A stretch of 63,942 nt of DNA, counting the filler, from Octopus bimaculoides (Eukaryota): NCBI RefSeq assembly GCF_001194135.2. It is 5 parts of 5 records of this genome, joined end to end, with 100 filler letters (N's around TTAATTAATTAA, not from the genome) between each part and the next. Parts side by side here need not be neighbours in the genome. Positions count along the whole stretch, not along the records: positions 1 to 16,752 come from NC_068997.1; 4 more parts are not named here. One strand, 5' to 3'. Made by a program: the position numbers and the translations under genes. How positions within the stretch are numbered: the stretch's first letter is position 1; each line of letters begins with the position of its first letter. Positions 1 to 13,329 of the stretch are shown here, piece after piece. The notes under the pieces were generated by a model. The model was given only the letters and a program-made list of their open reading frames with translations. It did not search any database and was not told the origin of the DNA.

Positions 1-277
1 ACATAACATTAACAACCTTCTATTAATTAATTTAACATTAACATTATTCAAATCAATATTAAGAAAAATAAATCAAGCAAAAGAAAAAACAAAAAAAAAA
101 CAGAGTAAATAATGAAACAAAAATAAAAATTTTTCAAATTGAAAACAATTTCGTCACTGGAATCTCCAAAAGGAGAAGCAAAGAATCAATACTTAAAGCA
201 CCAGTGTGTACACACACACGCACACATCCACACACACACGTACACGAATATATATGTTTTGTGTGTGTGTGTGTGTA

Positions 278-313
<36 letters not shown>

Positions 314-488
314 TGTATGCATGTATGCATGTATGTATAGGCGATGGCATGGTTGTGTGGTAAGAAGCTTGCTTTGCAACCATGAGGCAGTTAATGCTTT
401 ATGACGGAAATTGTGTGGAAGCCTGTCACATATATGTGTGTGTGTATGTATACTCTCTCTCTCTGTCTGTCTCTATAAATATATATAA

Positions 489-521
<33 letters not shown>

Positions 522-1154
522 CAAATGATAAATGAGTATATGCATATATACGTACATGTATGTACATACCTACATCTACCTGTATATATAGATACATATC
601 TGGGTACAGGCCGTTGCAAACAAAACTGACAAAATAAGGAACAGAGTACAGAAAACACACAGGCCACATAGAGAACATTTCCTTCATCAGTTGCCACCAT
701 TCAACACTGGTGTTTCGAAGAGTTAGGGCGTGCATATGTATGCGTGCGAGCATGTGTGTTTGTTGTGTGTGTGTTAACATTCTACTCCATGCAAAGCTAC
801 AAATAGTGGAGTGTGCGGTGAGGTTTGTTGACATTTCCTGTCACCACTCGTCGTCGGAATCTATGTTTTCCAGTAAGCCACAAAACTTCATTGAATTAGA
901 ATTACCCTCGCAGTGATGGAAGGTGATTTCAATCTTTGATTTTGGTTAAAAAAATTTAAATAATAAAAGCAAGGGATGCAACTCAGAAGTTTTAATTTCT
1001 CCTTTTTTATACTATGGCTATCCCGAGAGCAATCCAAAGTGGCCATCACTTTTATTAACTGGCATAGCTGGTTAATGTTGCCCTTGTTGGAAGAGTAACA
1101 TTTTTCCTAAAGTAGTTTTTGTTCCTGTTCTTTATTGCAAGGAAATAAAAGGTC

Positions 1155-2442
1155 CCATGAAGATGCAGTGAGTCATCACTCAGTTCTTTATAAAGGGGGT
1201 GGGTTGCAGACTGTCTGGCTTTCGCAAAAGGCTACAGGTTGTTCACAGAGATGACACCATTGACAAGAACATTGTGCAAAGGTGGTAGAAGAATTTTAAA
1301 GATGGGGGAACCAACGTTTGAAGACAAACCACGCAGTGAGAGACCCTCGACTGCAACCACTGACATGAATGCTTATTGAGTGAACGAATCAAACTTGCTG
1401 CACGATTCTATAGTGGCCGTAATGCTTTTCAGGAAATTATTGAAGACTTTGGATGCTGGAGAGTGAGTGCAAAGTAGGTACCTCAGCAGCCGATGTGCGA
1501 TTTAAAGAAGCGAAGAGTGGAAGTTCGTTCTGACTTACTGGAAACTAAACTGGTACTCCGATGGTCACGACGACAAGGGCTCTAGTTAACCTGGTCAATG
1601 GAACGGCCTGCTCATTAAATTAACGTGCAAATTTCTGAGTACTCCACAGACACTTGTATTCTTAACATAGTTCTCGGGAATATTGAGGGTGATAAAGAAC
1701 GTGATAAAGCTGGCCCTTTTAAATACAAGTACTACTCATTTTGTCACCCGAGTGAACTAGAGCAACGTGAAATAAAGTGTCTTGCTCAAGGACACAACTT
1801 GCCACCGGGTATTGAACTGATGACCTTATGATCGTGAGTCGAATACCGTTCACCACTAAGCCACGCACCTTCACGATCTACTGGTAGTGTTTGGAAACAC
1901 TGAAAACATTGGTTTTCAAATCAGGAGACAAAGGATGAAATTTGGGGCTGTCTTTATGATCTGGAAACGAAGGATCATTCCACGGAATGGCATCACAGAC
2001 TTCTCTAGAAGTTTCAAAGCCGGCGATCAGCACAGGAATTCGTGGTGACTGTTTTTGATAACAGAACGTCATTTTGCTTGATTCTTTGGCATGTTGCGGC
2101 TTCGTGAACTCCAAGCAGTGCCTTGTGACACTCAAAGATTTAAAAAGAGGATATTTTGCAGAAAGAGACTGATCGACATTCATCACCATGACAATGCGTA
2201 ATGACAAACACGTAGACTGGTCAGTGTTACCCTATCCACTGTGCAACTCAGATATGGTACCTTCCGACTTCCTCCAATTTGATGCAATGGAAAGTAGTCT
2301 TTCATGTGAAAGACAACGTGAAAATGGATGGGATGATGTGGTGCACATCTGAATATTTTCAAAAAGGATTCGTGAGTAAGGTTCAATGATGACGCAAATG
2401 CACCGCTCGTAATAGAAATTATGTTGAGTAGTACCTTCATAT
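1155..2442 (+). pseudogene. Degenerate mariner transposase, interrupted by a SINE
   Basis: HTH-like NFKDGGTNVEDKPRSERPST; DEIWGCLYDLETK..STEWH; HHDNA; WSVLPYP..SDMVPSDF; RNYVE*; many stops and frameshifts. Confidence 0.8.
1548..1870 (-). mobile_element. tRNA-derived SINE, family C (partial copies at about 14890-15170 + and 32655-32760 -)
   Basis: tRNA-like head GTGGCTTAGTGG..AGTTCAATACC, then GTGTCCTTGAGCAAGACACTT; 3' half shared with the other copies. Confidence 0.7.
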
Positions 2443-2446
2443 ACAG

Positions 2447-2704
2447 CAGGGGCTCTCAACCAATTTTGTTGCTTGTAGACCCCTTTGATACTTGTTTTAC
2501 ACTACTGGACCCTAATAACCCTTTAATGTTTTAAAAAATCCTATTATGTTTTTATCGTAATTAAATATTATTAGAAATTGGCAAACAATAATTAAAATAG
2601 TTTGTGCATTCTAGAAATATAGTCAATTTATTGCAGATTAGTCTTAAAAGCAAAATCTTATATGGACATCCAATGATCACGTAGACCCCGGTTGAGAGCC
2701 ACTG
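2447..2704. mobile_element. hAT-type MITE
   Basis: TIRs CAGGGGCTCTCAACC/GGTTGAGAGCCACTG; no clear TSD; a related fragment starts at about 28833. Confidence 0.6.
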
Positions 2705-2852
2705 GTATTGAAGACGAGTTCTGTCACCGAAATATACAATATTAAAGTAACAGTTGATAAATAAGTTATGTCACTTTTACACTACTTTTTGGATATCCTT
2801 CCGTATATACACATAGACACACATAATATGTATGTATATATCTATCTATCTA

Positions 2853-2897
<45 letters not shown>

Positions 2898-3396
2898 GAA
2901 GAAGATGGAAAGAAGTAGTAACATGGCTTCTAGGAAAGGAACATCATGTCTGCTACAAGCCATCTAGGCTTGTTAACTGCTGCACAACTTCAACCTTCCA
3001 AATTAAGAAACCTTAACCTTAGAGGCCAGGATTCCTCGTGCCAGTGGCCAATTAACGGAGAACTCAGACCACAAAGTATTGAAGTATTATATCGTGTATT
3101 TCGTAATGTAAAAAAAAGTTAGTAAAACTTGTAACATCGCCTGCAGGAATTGAACNNNNNNNNNNNNNNNNNNNNNNNNNNNNNNNNNNNNNNNNNNNNN
3201 NNNNNNNNNNNNNNNNNNNNNNNNNNNNNNNNNNNNNNNNNNNNNNNNNNNNNNNNNNNNNNNNNNNNNNNNNNNNNNNNNNNNNNNNNNNNNNNNNNNN
3301 NNNNNNNNNNNNNNNNNNNNNNNNNNNNNNNNNNNNNNNNNNNNNNATATATACGTGTATGTATGTATACCCGCTCACAAACTCACATATACATAC

Positions 3397-3434
<38 letters not shown>

Positions 3435-3661
3435 CTATTCTTTCACTTGTTTCACTCACTGAACTGTGGCAATGTTGGGGCACCGCCTTGCAGAAATTCA
3501 GTCGATCGAACCAACCCTCGTAGTTGTGATTTTTGAAGCCTTGTACTTATTCGATCGGTTTCTTTTGTTGAACCGCTAGCTAACGAGATTGTTAACACAC
3601 CAACAGCGGTGGTAAGGGACACACATACACACGTGTCTGTAATTATATAAATGTATATATA

Positions 3662-3917
3662 TATTGGGTTGGTGCATAATTATTGCAGCTTTTTTTCAAC
3701 AAATTTTATTCAACAAAAACAATAACAATCTTTTAACGAAAACATCTTCAAATGACGTTCTGACCATCTGCCAAGCAAATGGGAATCAGTAATTGAAGTA
3801 GATGGTGAATATGCTCCGGGATAATCATTTAAAGATGTTTTTGTTACATGTTGCTATAGTTTTTGTTGAATAAAATTTGTTGAAAAAAATCCACAATAAT
3901 TAGGCACCAACCCAATA
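3662..3917. mobile_element. Mariner-type MITE
   Basis: TA-flanked TIR TATTGGGTTGGTGCATAATTATTG/CAATAATTAGGCACCAACCCAATA plus internal inverted repeats. Confidence 0.75.
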
Positions 3918-4790
3918 TATATATACACATACACACACGAGTTAAGGAATGGAGTACCTAGCAACCCTACCTGGCTACTCAAAGCCCGGAACTTTTCAGC
4001 ACCCACTCGTATATTTACATATATACATGACTACATAACGATCAGAAGAATCCCCCTTGCGGTCAATAGACTTCCTAGAAATAGCAGCCAACTCACATTT
4101 ATCTCAATTTCTATCATTTTAGATTTTAAAAAAAATTAAGAAAAAACTTTCAAACACCTAATACATGAAATACCAAATGACTTGATGGGCATGGATATTC
4201 CGATCATGACTGTCACAAGTCATGACCATCGAGTACAGCTGGCCTGGGGCTAAATATCAACAACAATAGCAACAACAATAGTTAATTAATTAGACAAGAA
4301 ACAGGATTCTGGAGATGACTCAATTAATTATATTCCCTGTCATAATAAAATATTGTCTCGTAACTAGGCAACGGAAAATTATCATTGCCATCATCATCAT
4401 CACTACCATCGTTATCATCATCATCATCACAACTACCATCATCATCATCATCATTACCATTCTCCACCTCCTTCTTCTCATCACCATCCTCATCCTCACC
4501 ATCCTCATCACCACCACAACCACCATCAGCAACAGTAATATGACCTTCTTTTCCTCCTCCCCTGCCCCTCCTGCCCCTCCTCATCATCAATAGCAACAAC
4601 AACATTACCACCATCATGATCCTCTTAACCATCATACTTTCATCGTTTATCTTTCATGTCTTTCAGTCATCGAACTGCGGCCATGCTACTGCATCAATTT
4701 GAAGGATTATAGTCAAATAATTTTTATAAAAATCTGTTACATTATAATAATGAGATTGATAAAAAAATTAAAAAACAAAAAGTTATACCT

Positions 4791-5291
4791 TCACATTATT
4801 TACATTATTTACATTTGACAGATATTTGCTCTCATCTTGTTTGTTGTTAACACAACGTTCCAGCTGATATACCCTCCAAGCCTTCATCAGGTGTCTTGAG
4901 GAAATTTCAAACCTGGGTTCTCATTCCTAAAGTATTTTTCGATGTTATTATTATTAATGTTATTGTTATTATAATTCAGGTCACTGCCTGGAACCGAACT
5001 CGGAATCTTGAGGTTAGTAGCCTGCGTTCTTAACCACAACGCCATATGCCCGGGCATATGGCGTAGTGGTTAAGAGCGTGGGCTATTAACCCCCAAGATT
5101 CCGAGTTCGTTTCCAGGCAGTGACCATAATAATAATAATAATAACAACATCGAAAAATACCTTAGGAATGAGAACCCAGGTTCGAAATTTCCCCAAGACA
5201 CCTAATGAAGGTTGGAGAGTAAATCAGCTGGAGAGTATATCAGCTGGAGAGTAAATCGGCTGGAGAGTATATCAGCTGGAGAGTATATCAG
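4791..5291. mobile_element. Head-to-head inverted pair of a tRNA-headed, hammerhead-bearing (Penelope-like) non-autonomous retroelement
   Basis: Arms about 4861-5051 and 5052-5230 are reverse complements around gccatatgccc|gggcatatggc; each arm has A box TGGCGTAGTGG, B box GAGTTCGNTTCC, a (TAA)n spacer and a hammerhead core. Confidence 0.7.
4849..4895 (-). ncRNA. Minimal type I hammerhead ribozyme motif, family A (A13G variant)
   Basis: Minus strand GACAC-CTGATGA-A-GGCTTG..CAGCT-GGAA-CG-TT^GTGTT; stem I GACAC/GTGTT, palindromic loopless stem III ACGT, one core mismatch. Confidence 0.7.
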
Positions 5292-6046
5292 AGGTGGCAG
5301 TGTTAATGAGAGGATGAAACCTTGATAACATGCGAGTTTTATGGTAATTTTTAAAGCTATGTATAGGGCAATTTTATGCCAAAATATCCACACAAGCAAT
5401 CCATTATGGAACGTGAACAAAATAAATCTTCATACAAATCTATAGTCTTGATTCTTTAGGAACATACATGTATGCACACACACACACACTGAAATGATAC
5501 ATGTACACTGTACACATAACAAAATTTTCCTCCATGTGTGCGTATATATATATTTATATGTACACCCACATATATATGTTCATATCTACATACATGCATG
5601 CATACATACATACATGCATATATACATACGCTGAAGCAACATAGCTATGCGTGTACAAATACACACGCGCTCATAAATATACTCACAAACATTAAAATAA
5701 GCACACACTACCGTGCAGACTTTTGTAAGGTGACATTCACACACACACACACACACACTAACGGAATGACAACACATACACCCTCTGTCTCTCTCTCTCT
5801 CTCTCTCTCTCGCACACACACACACACACACACACATATACATGACACAGAGACATACACACCCACTTTAACAGACACACACATTAAAGCCTATTGATTT
5901 ACCAATAAGATGATTTCTTCCGGTACTATCCAAACTCACTTTACAGACTTTTATGTACCTCCCTTGGGTAAACATGCTTCGACCAATCTCTCTATGCTAT
6001 TTCTTCAAACACAACACTTTTGGCATCCTAACTAACTAACCAACTA

Positions 6047-6450
<404 letters not shown>

Positions 6451-7005
6451 TGCCTTGCTTGCTTCCAGAGATAAAATGAACGAATGGAAAAAAAATAAAC
6501 AAAAACAAAATAAGAACTAGAAAGTGTAAAATAATAAGGAAAAGAGTACGCGGGCAAAAAAAAAAAAGGAAAAATAAAAGAGAAGGAGTAAAAAAAAAAA
6601 TAAACTAATAAAAGTCGTGAATGTGGCTTTCGATGTTCGTTCGTTTTTATCAATTAATCTGCTTCGTGTACGAGTATATTGTACACGTATGTTGTTGGAT
6701 ATGATTCTAAGGAGAGATGAGATGTGTATCGAAATTGGACTAAATATCCAGGAATTACACTGTATGCTCACAATTATAGAAGTGTGGCCAGAATGATACA
6801 TATTCCGTTATTTGTCGTTAAACTAATAAGTTTCAATCATTGGACTGCGGCCATCATGATGCACTCGCCTTCGAAGGGATGCTTTTTGTTGTTGTTGTTG
6901 TTGCTGCTGCTGCTGCTGTTGTCGGTGCTGTTGTTGATAATGTTATTGTTGTTGCTGCTTTTGTTGTTGTTGTTATTGCTGATGTTCATGTTGTTGTTGT
7001 CGTCG

Positions 7006-7038
<33 letters not shown>

Positions 7039-7321
7039 TAGCCAATCGTATTGTCCTCAGTATTGCGTCCGGTACTTATTTTATCGAGGCCTTTTTTTTT
7101 TTACCCAATTGTTATTTCTTTTTACAGCTTCAGACAAAAAAATAAAAACAAAAAAAAACCCCAAAATACCACAAAAACAAAAACACCTGAAGAGTTTAAG
7201 TGAAACATTAAGATCATAGTGCAATGTCAATTATATCTACTACTACTACTACTACCACTGCTGCTGCTGTTGCTGCTGTTACTACTACTAATACTATTAC
7301 TGCTACTGCTGCTGCTGCTAT

Positions 7322-7368
<47 letters not shown>

Positions 7369-7389
7369 TCACCCCCATCACCACCACCA

Positions 7390-7990
7390 GGTCATACCCC
7401 AACTTTGTTTTCTGTAGTATTTCACTCAAGAGGATCATTCCCAACATGAATATCAATGGGGACGATTCCTCTCTTGATTTTCCCCATCTCCTAATACTTG
7501 CCTCCCTGCTGTCAATTCCCTTCTCCAGTATTTCATGCTATTCCATATAAGGCTTCTCATATTTTCCGCAACTCCATACATCTCCATTGTTTTTATTATC
7601 CAGAAGTGTAGTATCATATCGTATGCTTTATGAAAGTCAGCGCATGCCATCCTGAGGTTTGTGTGTTTTCTCTTGCAGTTCCTGATAATTAGATTATCAA
7701 TTAAGAGCTGATTATTTGTTCCCCAGCTCCTTTTTCGGTACCCTTTCTGTGCAATGGGTAGCAGTCACTGTTTTCTAAGTAACTGTACAGTTCACTGTCC
7801 AAAGCATCTGACATTAGTTTCCACATTATTGGAAGGCACGAGTTTGGTGGGTGGTACAATACAAAAGGTTGCCTCACAACAAACTTAGAGACCCTCTGTT
7901 TGGATTAAATACTTACTCCTTTGATTGATCGAGTCTATAATAAAATCTTCTTATAAATACACAAAAAATTGAAAGAATTTTTCTTAATAA
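7390..7990 (-). mobile_element. R4/Dong-like LINE reverse transcriptase fragment
   Basis: Frameshifted ..[45 protein letters not shown]. Confidence 0.8.
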
Positions 7991-10443
7991 GCCTAAATAG
8001 CTTGTTTATTGTCATTCCTGAATCATTTTTGTCTCCCCTTTTTGATTGTTACCTGCTAGTGCTGGACATAGAGGGTTTTCAGAATGTTTTGTTCTGTTAT
8101 AGGATATATCCATATATAACATGATATATAATATACAAATTTTCCTTTGTATATCCTACATACCAACAAAAGAAAAAAAAATAGACCTCTTCTGGTCTTA
8201 TTGGTATTATAATACAGTGGTCATTACAGATCACATAGTTGTGAATATATTGGAGACATCACAGAATTCAATTACAGTAAATATTACAGATCTTAATTGA
8301 CATCAATCAAAGTAACATTTACATTGTGTTTGAGAATGTACATACGCGTTTTCATGTTTTTATGAAATCAATACAATAATGCGTTTTGTTATCTTTTCTC
8401 TTTTACCATTCATTAATTTCATTTATTAGACCGCGGCTATGCTAGGGCACCACCTTGAAGAATTCTTAGTCGAATGTATCGATTCCTGTAATTATTTTTT
8501 AAAAGCTTGGTACTTATTCTATCAGTTTCTCTTTGTCAAACTGCTAAGCTACAAAGATGTAAGCACACCAGCACCAGTTGCCAAGCGGTAGTGGAATGAC
8601 AAACACAGATATACACACTGACACACACGACCGGCTTCTTTCCGTTTCCGTCTACCAAATCCACTCACAAGGCTTTGATCAACCCGAGGCTATAGTAGAA
8701 AACGCTTGCCCAAGGTGCTACGCAGAGGGACTGAACCCGGAACCATACGATTGGGAAGCAAGTTTCTTACCTTACAACCACGCCTTTGCCTGTTTATAGT
8801 TTCAAAATGTTTTCAAGCAAATAAAGTATCAGTATTTCTAAACTAGTAGAAAATAAGAGTCGGGAAATCATTTCTCGTTCAGTTTCAAGTTTCTTGTGAT
8901 TCAAGATATATGATACTAATTTGCTGAGGCTGAGCCGAAGGTTAGCAATTAGTTAGGGGTCAGAGATAGAGAAAAATCAAACTGTTTATGCATGGCTACC
9001 AAAGACAACTTAAAGAGACTAAGCTGGTCTTATTTTGTCTTTAAATAGCCAAATAATAGCTTAAAGGGGTACGAGTCGCTGAGTTTATACAGCAACACAC
9101 GAGAAATTGCTGAAAGTAAAGTAGTCATGTATTCAGTTTAACTAATTAAAAATGGTTCACAGACTTGTAGACTAAAATACGCGACGACCGTGAAATGAAA
9201 CTTCGATTTACATAAATTCACTACAAACATAATCAAATGCATGCAATAGATTTAAACATACAAACTCCAAGGAGATAATCCAATTGCTAATCCACTTAAT
9301 AAGTTTTATCTCATCATAAGCATTCTAGCCTTGATGACACGCATTGTTTTTAGGGGTATATAAAACTACGTTATTGTAATGTATCCTTTCCTTAATTAAG
9401 ACAATACAGAGGCGGACCCAAGGGAAGGGGTGGGTGAGGGGCATGTGCCCCCTTCAAGTAAAGAAGTGCGCCTTTCTAAATAATGTTATTAAGTTCTTTT
9501 CTCTTGAAATTATATTACCTTCTGACCTTGTGCCCTCTCTTCAAAAAATTTCTGGGACCGTGCTTGTAATAGGATGAGATTTGAGAAAGCTGTGGCTGTT
9601 GTTTCTAACAGGTTAAGTGATCAAGTGTTGGATTCTTCGTTGAGTTGTCACCGTAATGATTGTAACTGTTGGTAATAGCAAATGTGAGTGAAGTTGCTGT
9701 GAGGACGATAGTGGTAGGTGTCTTGTAAATCTGGCACAAAGAAGAAATTCTTTCAGAAGCGAGAATTTAGTGAATTAAATCGATGCAAATATATCAATGA
9801 TATGTATGTGATTGACTCTATAAGTATAAATAGCAGAATACAGGTTGTGGTTGATATTGTGACTTCACAGGAACTAAACAAATTCTCCAAAAAAATTCTG
9901 GTCAAAAGCTTAAGTATATCAGCCACTCTACAGACAGTTGCAGTTAGCATTGTTTTTGTTGATGTTATTTATCTTCCAGATCGATACTGTTTCAATAGGT
10001 CAAAAACATGATAGAAAACATTACAGCCATTCTTATTCAGGACAGAATTATCTGTCCTTCCCTTTCTCTTAACATGGCAGGGTAAGATTTGAGTGAGATT
10101 CAACCATTTATCTCCAGCATGCCGAATGACCAAGGAGCAGAGCACTCCCCTCATTTGATGAAGGGGGGGAAGAGAGGTGATGGTGGTAGTAACAGTAGTA
10201 ATGATTGTAGTGTTTTTGTTTTTGTTGTTTTGTGGTTGTTGTTGTTGTTGTTTGTACTGGTGGTGGTGGTGGTGGTGGTGGTGGTGGAGGAGGAGATGGT
10301 GGCGGCGTTGGTGTTATGTGTAATAGAGAAGTTAATTACTTTAATGTGTGTAACTATCAATACAAAGGGAAGAAAGACAGAATAAAATATACAGCCTTGG
10401 GGATTTACAGTCAATTGTATGTGTATAGGTGTATATATGAGTG

Positions 10444-10476
<33 letters not shown>

Positions 10477-10616
10477 TTGTGTGTGTATGTATATTGTAGC
10501 TATATTATGTATATTATGTTTCATATATATATAAAATGTATTGGTGTAATTATGTACAAACACATGCACACATAGTTTCATTCTCTCTCACTTTCTTCCC
10601 CAATCAATATTTCTTT

Positions 10617-10666
<50 letters not shown>

Positions 10667-11104
10667 CTGTTTCCCTCCTCCTCCCCCCTCTCCCCTTCTC
10701 ATCGTTCCTCAATATATACACAGTTTGTTTTTGTATACTTAACCTTCTTTCATATCAATATTTGGTGTCGCCTTTCAACTTTGTTCATTACAATTGACTG
10801 TGCAGTGTGTATGTGTGTGTATGTGTGTGTGTGTGTGTGTGTGTATGTGTGTGTGTGTGTGTGTGTATGTGTGTGTGTGAAAGAGAGAGAGTATGTGTGT
10901 GTGAGTGTGTATCTACATGCCTATTATTTTTACTTACATACGTGCATATATATATATAAATATACATGTGTGTGTGTGTGTGTGTGAGTGAGTATATGTG
11001 CATTTGTGTGTGTGTCAGAGAGAGAGTATGGGTGTGTTTGTGTGTGTGTGTAAATATATGTGTGTATGTATATATACGTGCATTTGTGTGTGCATGTATA
11101 TATT

Positions 11105-11135
<31 letters not shown>

Positions 11136-11764
11136 GTATGTAATTGTGTATGCATTTGTGTGTGCATGTATACAGTACACATACATAGACACATATTTAC
11201 ATCACTCTCTATATATGTGCGTGTGTTTGTATACACGCACATATATACATTTATACACACAGATATATTTACATATATCCTTATACATACACTACATACG
11301 CGCGCGCATATGAATTGTAATGGAGAAATAGCAAAAGGAACCACAAAAGCAAAAACAAAACAGAACCAAACCAATGCCTTAAATGAATTTGGTTTTAAAA
11401 TTATCCACATAGCGATGTAGCATGATGGAAACTTTATATTGAAGGATAACGCAAGCACTTCGATTCTCTAGCGCCACCCCAGTCAGGTTTTATTTCATGT
11501 GGGTGTTATAACACAATAGAAAAGAATAGGGTAGGATCTTTCCAATAGTCGAAGACAGCGACGATTATAACGACGACGGCGACGGCAAGATGTCGACGGT
11601 AAGATGTCGACGGTAAGATGGCGACGGCAACACGACGACGACGCCGACGGCATAGTTATATTGTTTTACATACATAAAGATTGTTAGTTATTAAGATTGT
11701 AATTTTTGCAGACTGGTCTCATTTTAACATGTGTAATCTTAATAGAATAATATAATTTCTAAAT

Positions 11765-12355
11765 TTTGGCACGCGGCCAGCAATTTTGTGGAGAGGGGAA
11801 ACCGATTACATCGATCTCAGCGCTCAACGGGTTCTTATTTTATCGACGTCGAAAGGATGAAAGGTGAAATCGACGCTGGCGACATTGGAACTCAGAACGT
11901 GAAGCGAGAAAGAATACCGTTAAGTAGTTACTCCGGTGTGATAACGAACTTTTCTTTAATATTTTTGCATAAAGTCTGTAATTTTGAGGGGAGGGGAAAA
12001 TCGGTAACATCGACTCCAGTGCTCAACTGGTAGTATTTTATCGACCTCGAAAGGATGAAAGGTGAAATCGACCTCGGCAACATTAGAACTCGAACGCAAA
12101 ACCAAAAGAAAAGCCATGAAGTAGTTACTCCGGTGTGATAAGGAACTTTTCTTTAATATTTGCATAAAGCCTGTAATTTTGAGGGGAGGGGAAAATCGGT
12201 TACATTGCCTCCAGTGCTCAATTGGTACGTATTTTATCAACCTCGAAAGGATGAAAGGTGAATGAAATTGACCTCGGCAACATTAGAACTCGAACGCAAA
12301 ACCAAAAGAAAATCCATGGAGTAGTTACTACGGTATGATAACGAACTTTTCTTTA
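11765..12355 (-). repeat. Tandem trimer of SINE family B-derived units (about 195 bp)
   Basis: Three recurrences of gaaaggatgaaaggtgaa..gtagttact..gaactttt. Confidence 0.8.
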
Positions 12356-12682
12356 ATACAATATTTAAGTCAAAACTTTATATTGATCAATTTGATTGAT
12401 CACCGTCTGGGGTGTTATTCCTGGATATGGACAAAAGTTTGAACTCAGAATGTGAACAGCTGGTACACATGCTACAAAGCATTTTTTCGGTGCTGGTGTG
12501 TTTACGTCCCCCGTATCTTAGCAGTTCAGTAAGAGAGATCGATATAATAACTACCAAGCTTTAGAAAAATAAGTCCTAGGGTTAATTCATTCGACTAAAG
12601 TTTCTTCAAGACGGTGCCCCACCATGACTACAATCTAATGATTGAAACAAGTAGAAAGTAAAAGGTAATAATAATAATAATA

Positions 12683-12734
<52 letters not shown>

Positions 12735-12741
<7 letters not shown>

Positions 12742-12975
12742 AATAATGTGAGTTGGGAACAGTAAGCCAAGATATAGGCAAATGGGAGAAGGAAATTGAA
12801 ATAAAATGCTCGATAGAGCTCCTTCGGAAAGTTTGCCTGTTAGGGACAGCAAGGATTATCAGGAGGGTTTTAAGCACTTGAAAGACAGCTGAAAACTTGT
12901 TGGTACCTGGGGTTACAGGTAGTAACTCGCTATCCACATAATTCTTACCAGGAATAAGACTGAACCTGAACCAAA
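12735..12975 (+). mobile_element. R4/Dong-like LINE 3' end (RLE C-terminus and UTR)
   Basis: ELGTVSQDIGKWEKEIEIKCSIELLRKVCLLGTARIIRRVLST*. Confidence 0.75.
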
Positions 12976-13329
12976 CCAAAATAATTATTTGAAATTTTTG
13001 TCAAAGCTTGTGAAGGTGGAAATGAGTCGATTACCCCTTCCCCCCGCCCCGTGCTCATCTTGTACTTATTTTATCGACCCCGAAAGAATGATAGACAAAG
13101 TTGACCTCGGTGGAAACTCAGAACGTAGCGACGAGCGAAATACCGCAAAGCATTTCGTCCAGTGTGCTAACGATTCTGCCAGCTCGCCGCCTTAAGCCAA
13201 ATCAAAATAGTAACAACAACAACAACAACAATAATAATAATGATCCTTTCTACGACAGGCACAAAGTCAGAAATTTTGGCGGGGGAGGGGCGCAAATCAA
13301 TTACATTGACCCTAGTGCCCAGCTGGTAC

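Noticed and set aside
1815-1850. CTGATGA...GAAT hammerhead-like match
   Set aside because: No stems I or III; it is the antisense of a SINE tRNA head.
5052-5125. Possible functional tRNA gene
   Set aside because: 5' GGGCATA cannot pair with the 3' CAGTGAC, so there is no acceptor stem; it is a retroelement head.
5215-5291. CRISPR-like array
   Set aside because: Contiguous tandem units without spacers, in eukaryotic DNA with no cas genes.
9718-10011. 97-aa ORF in unique-looking DNA
   Set aside because: No recognisable domain or convincing exon boundaries on either strand.
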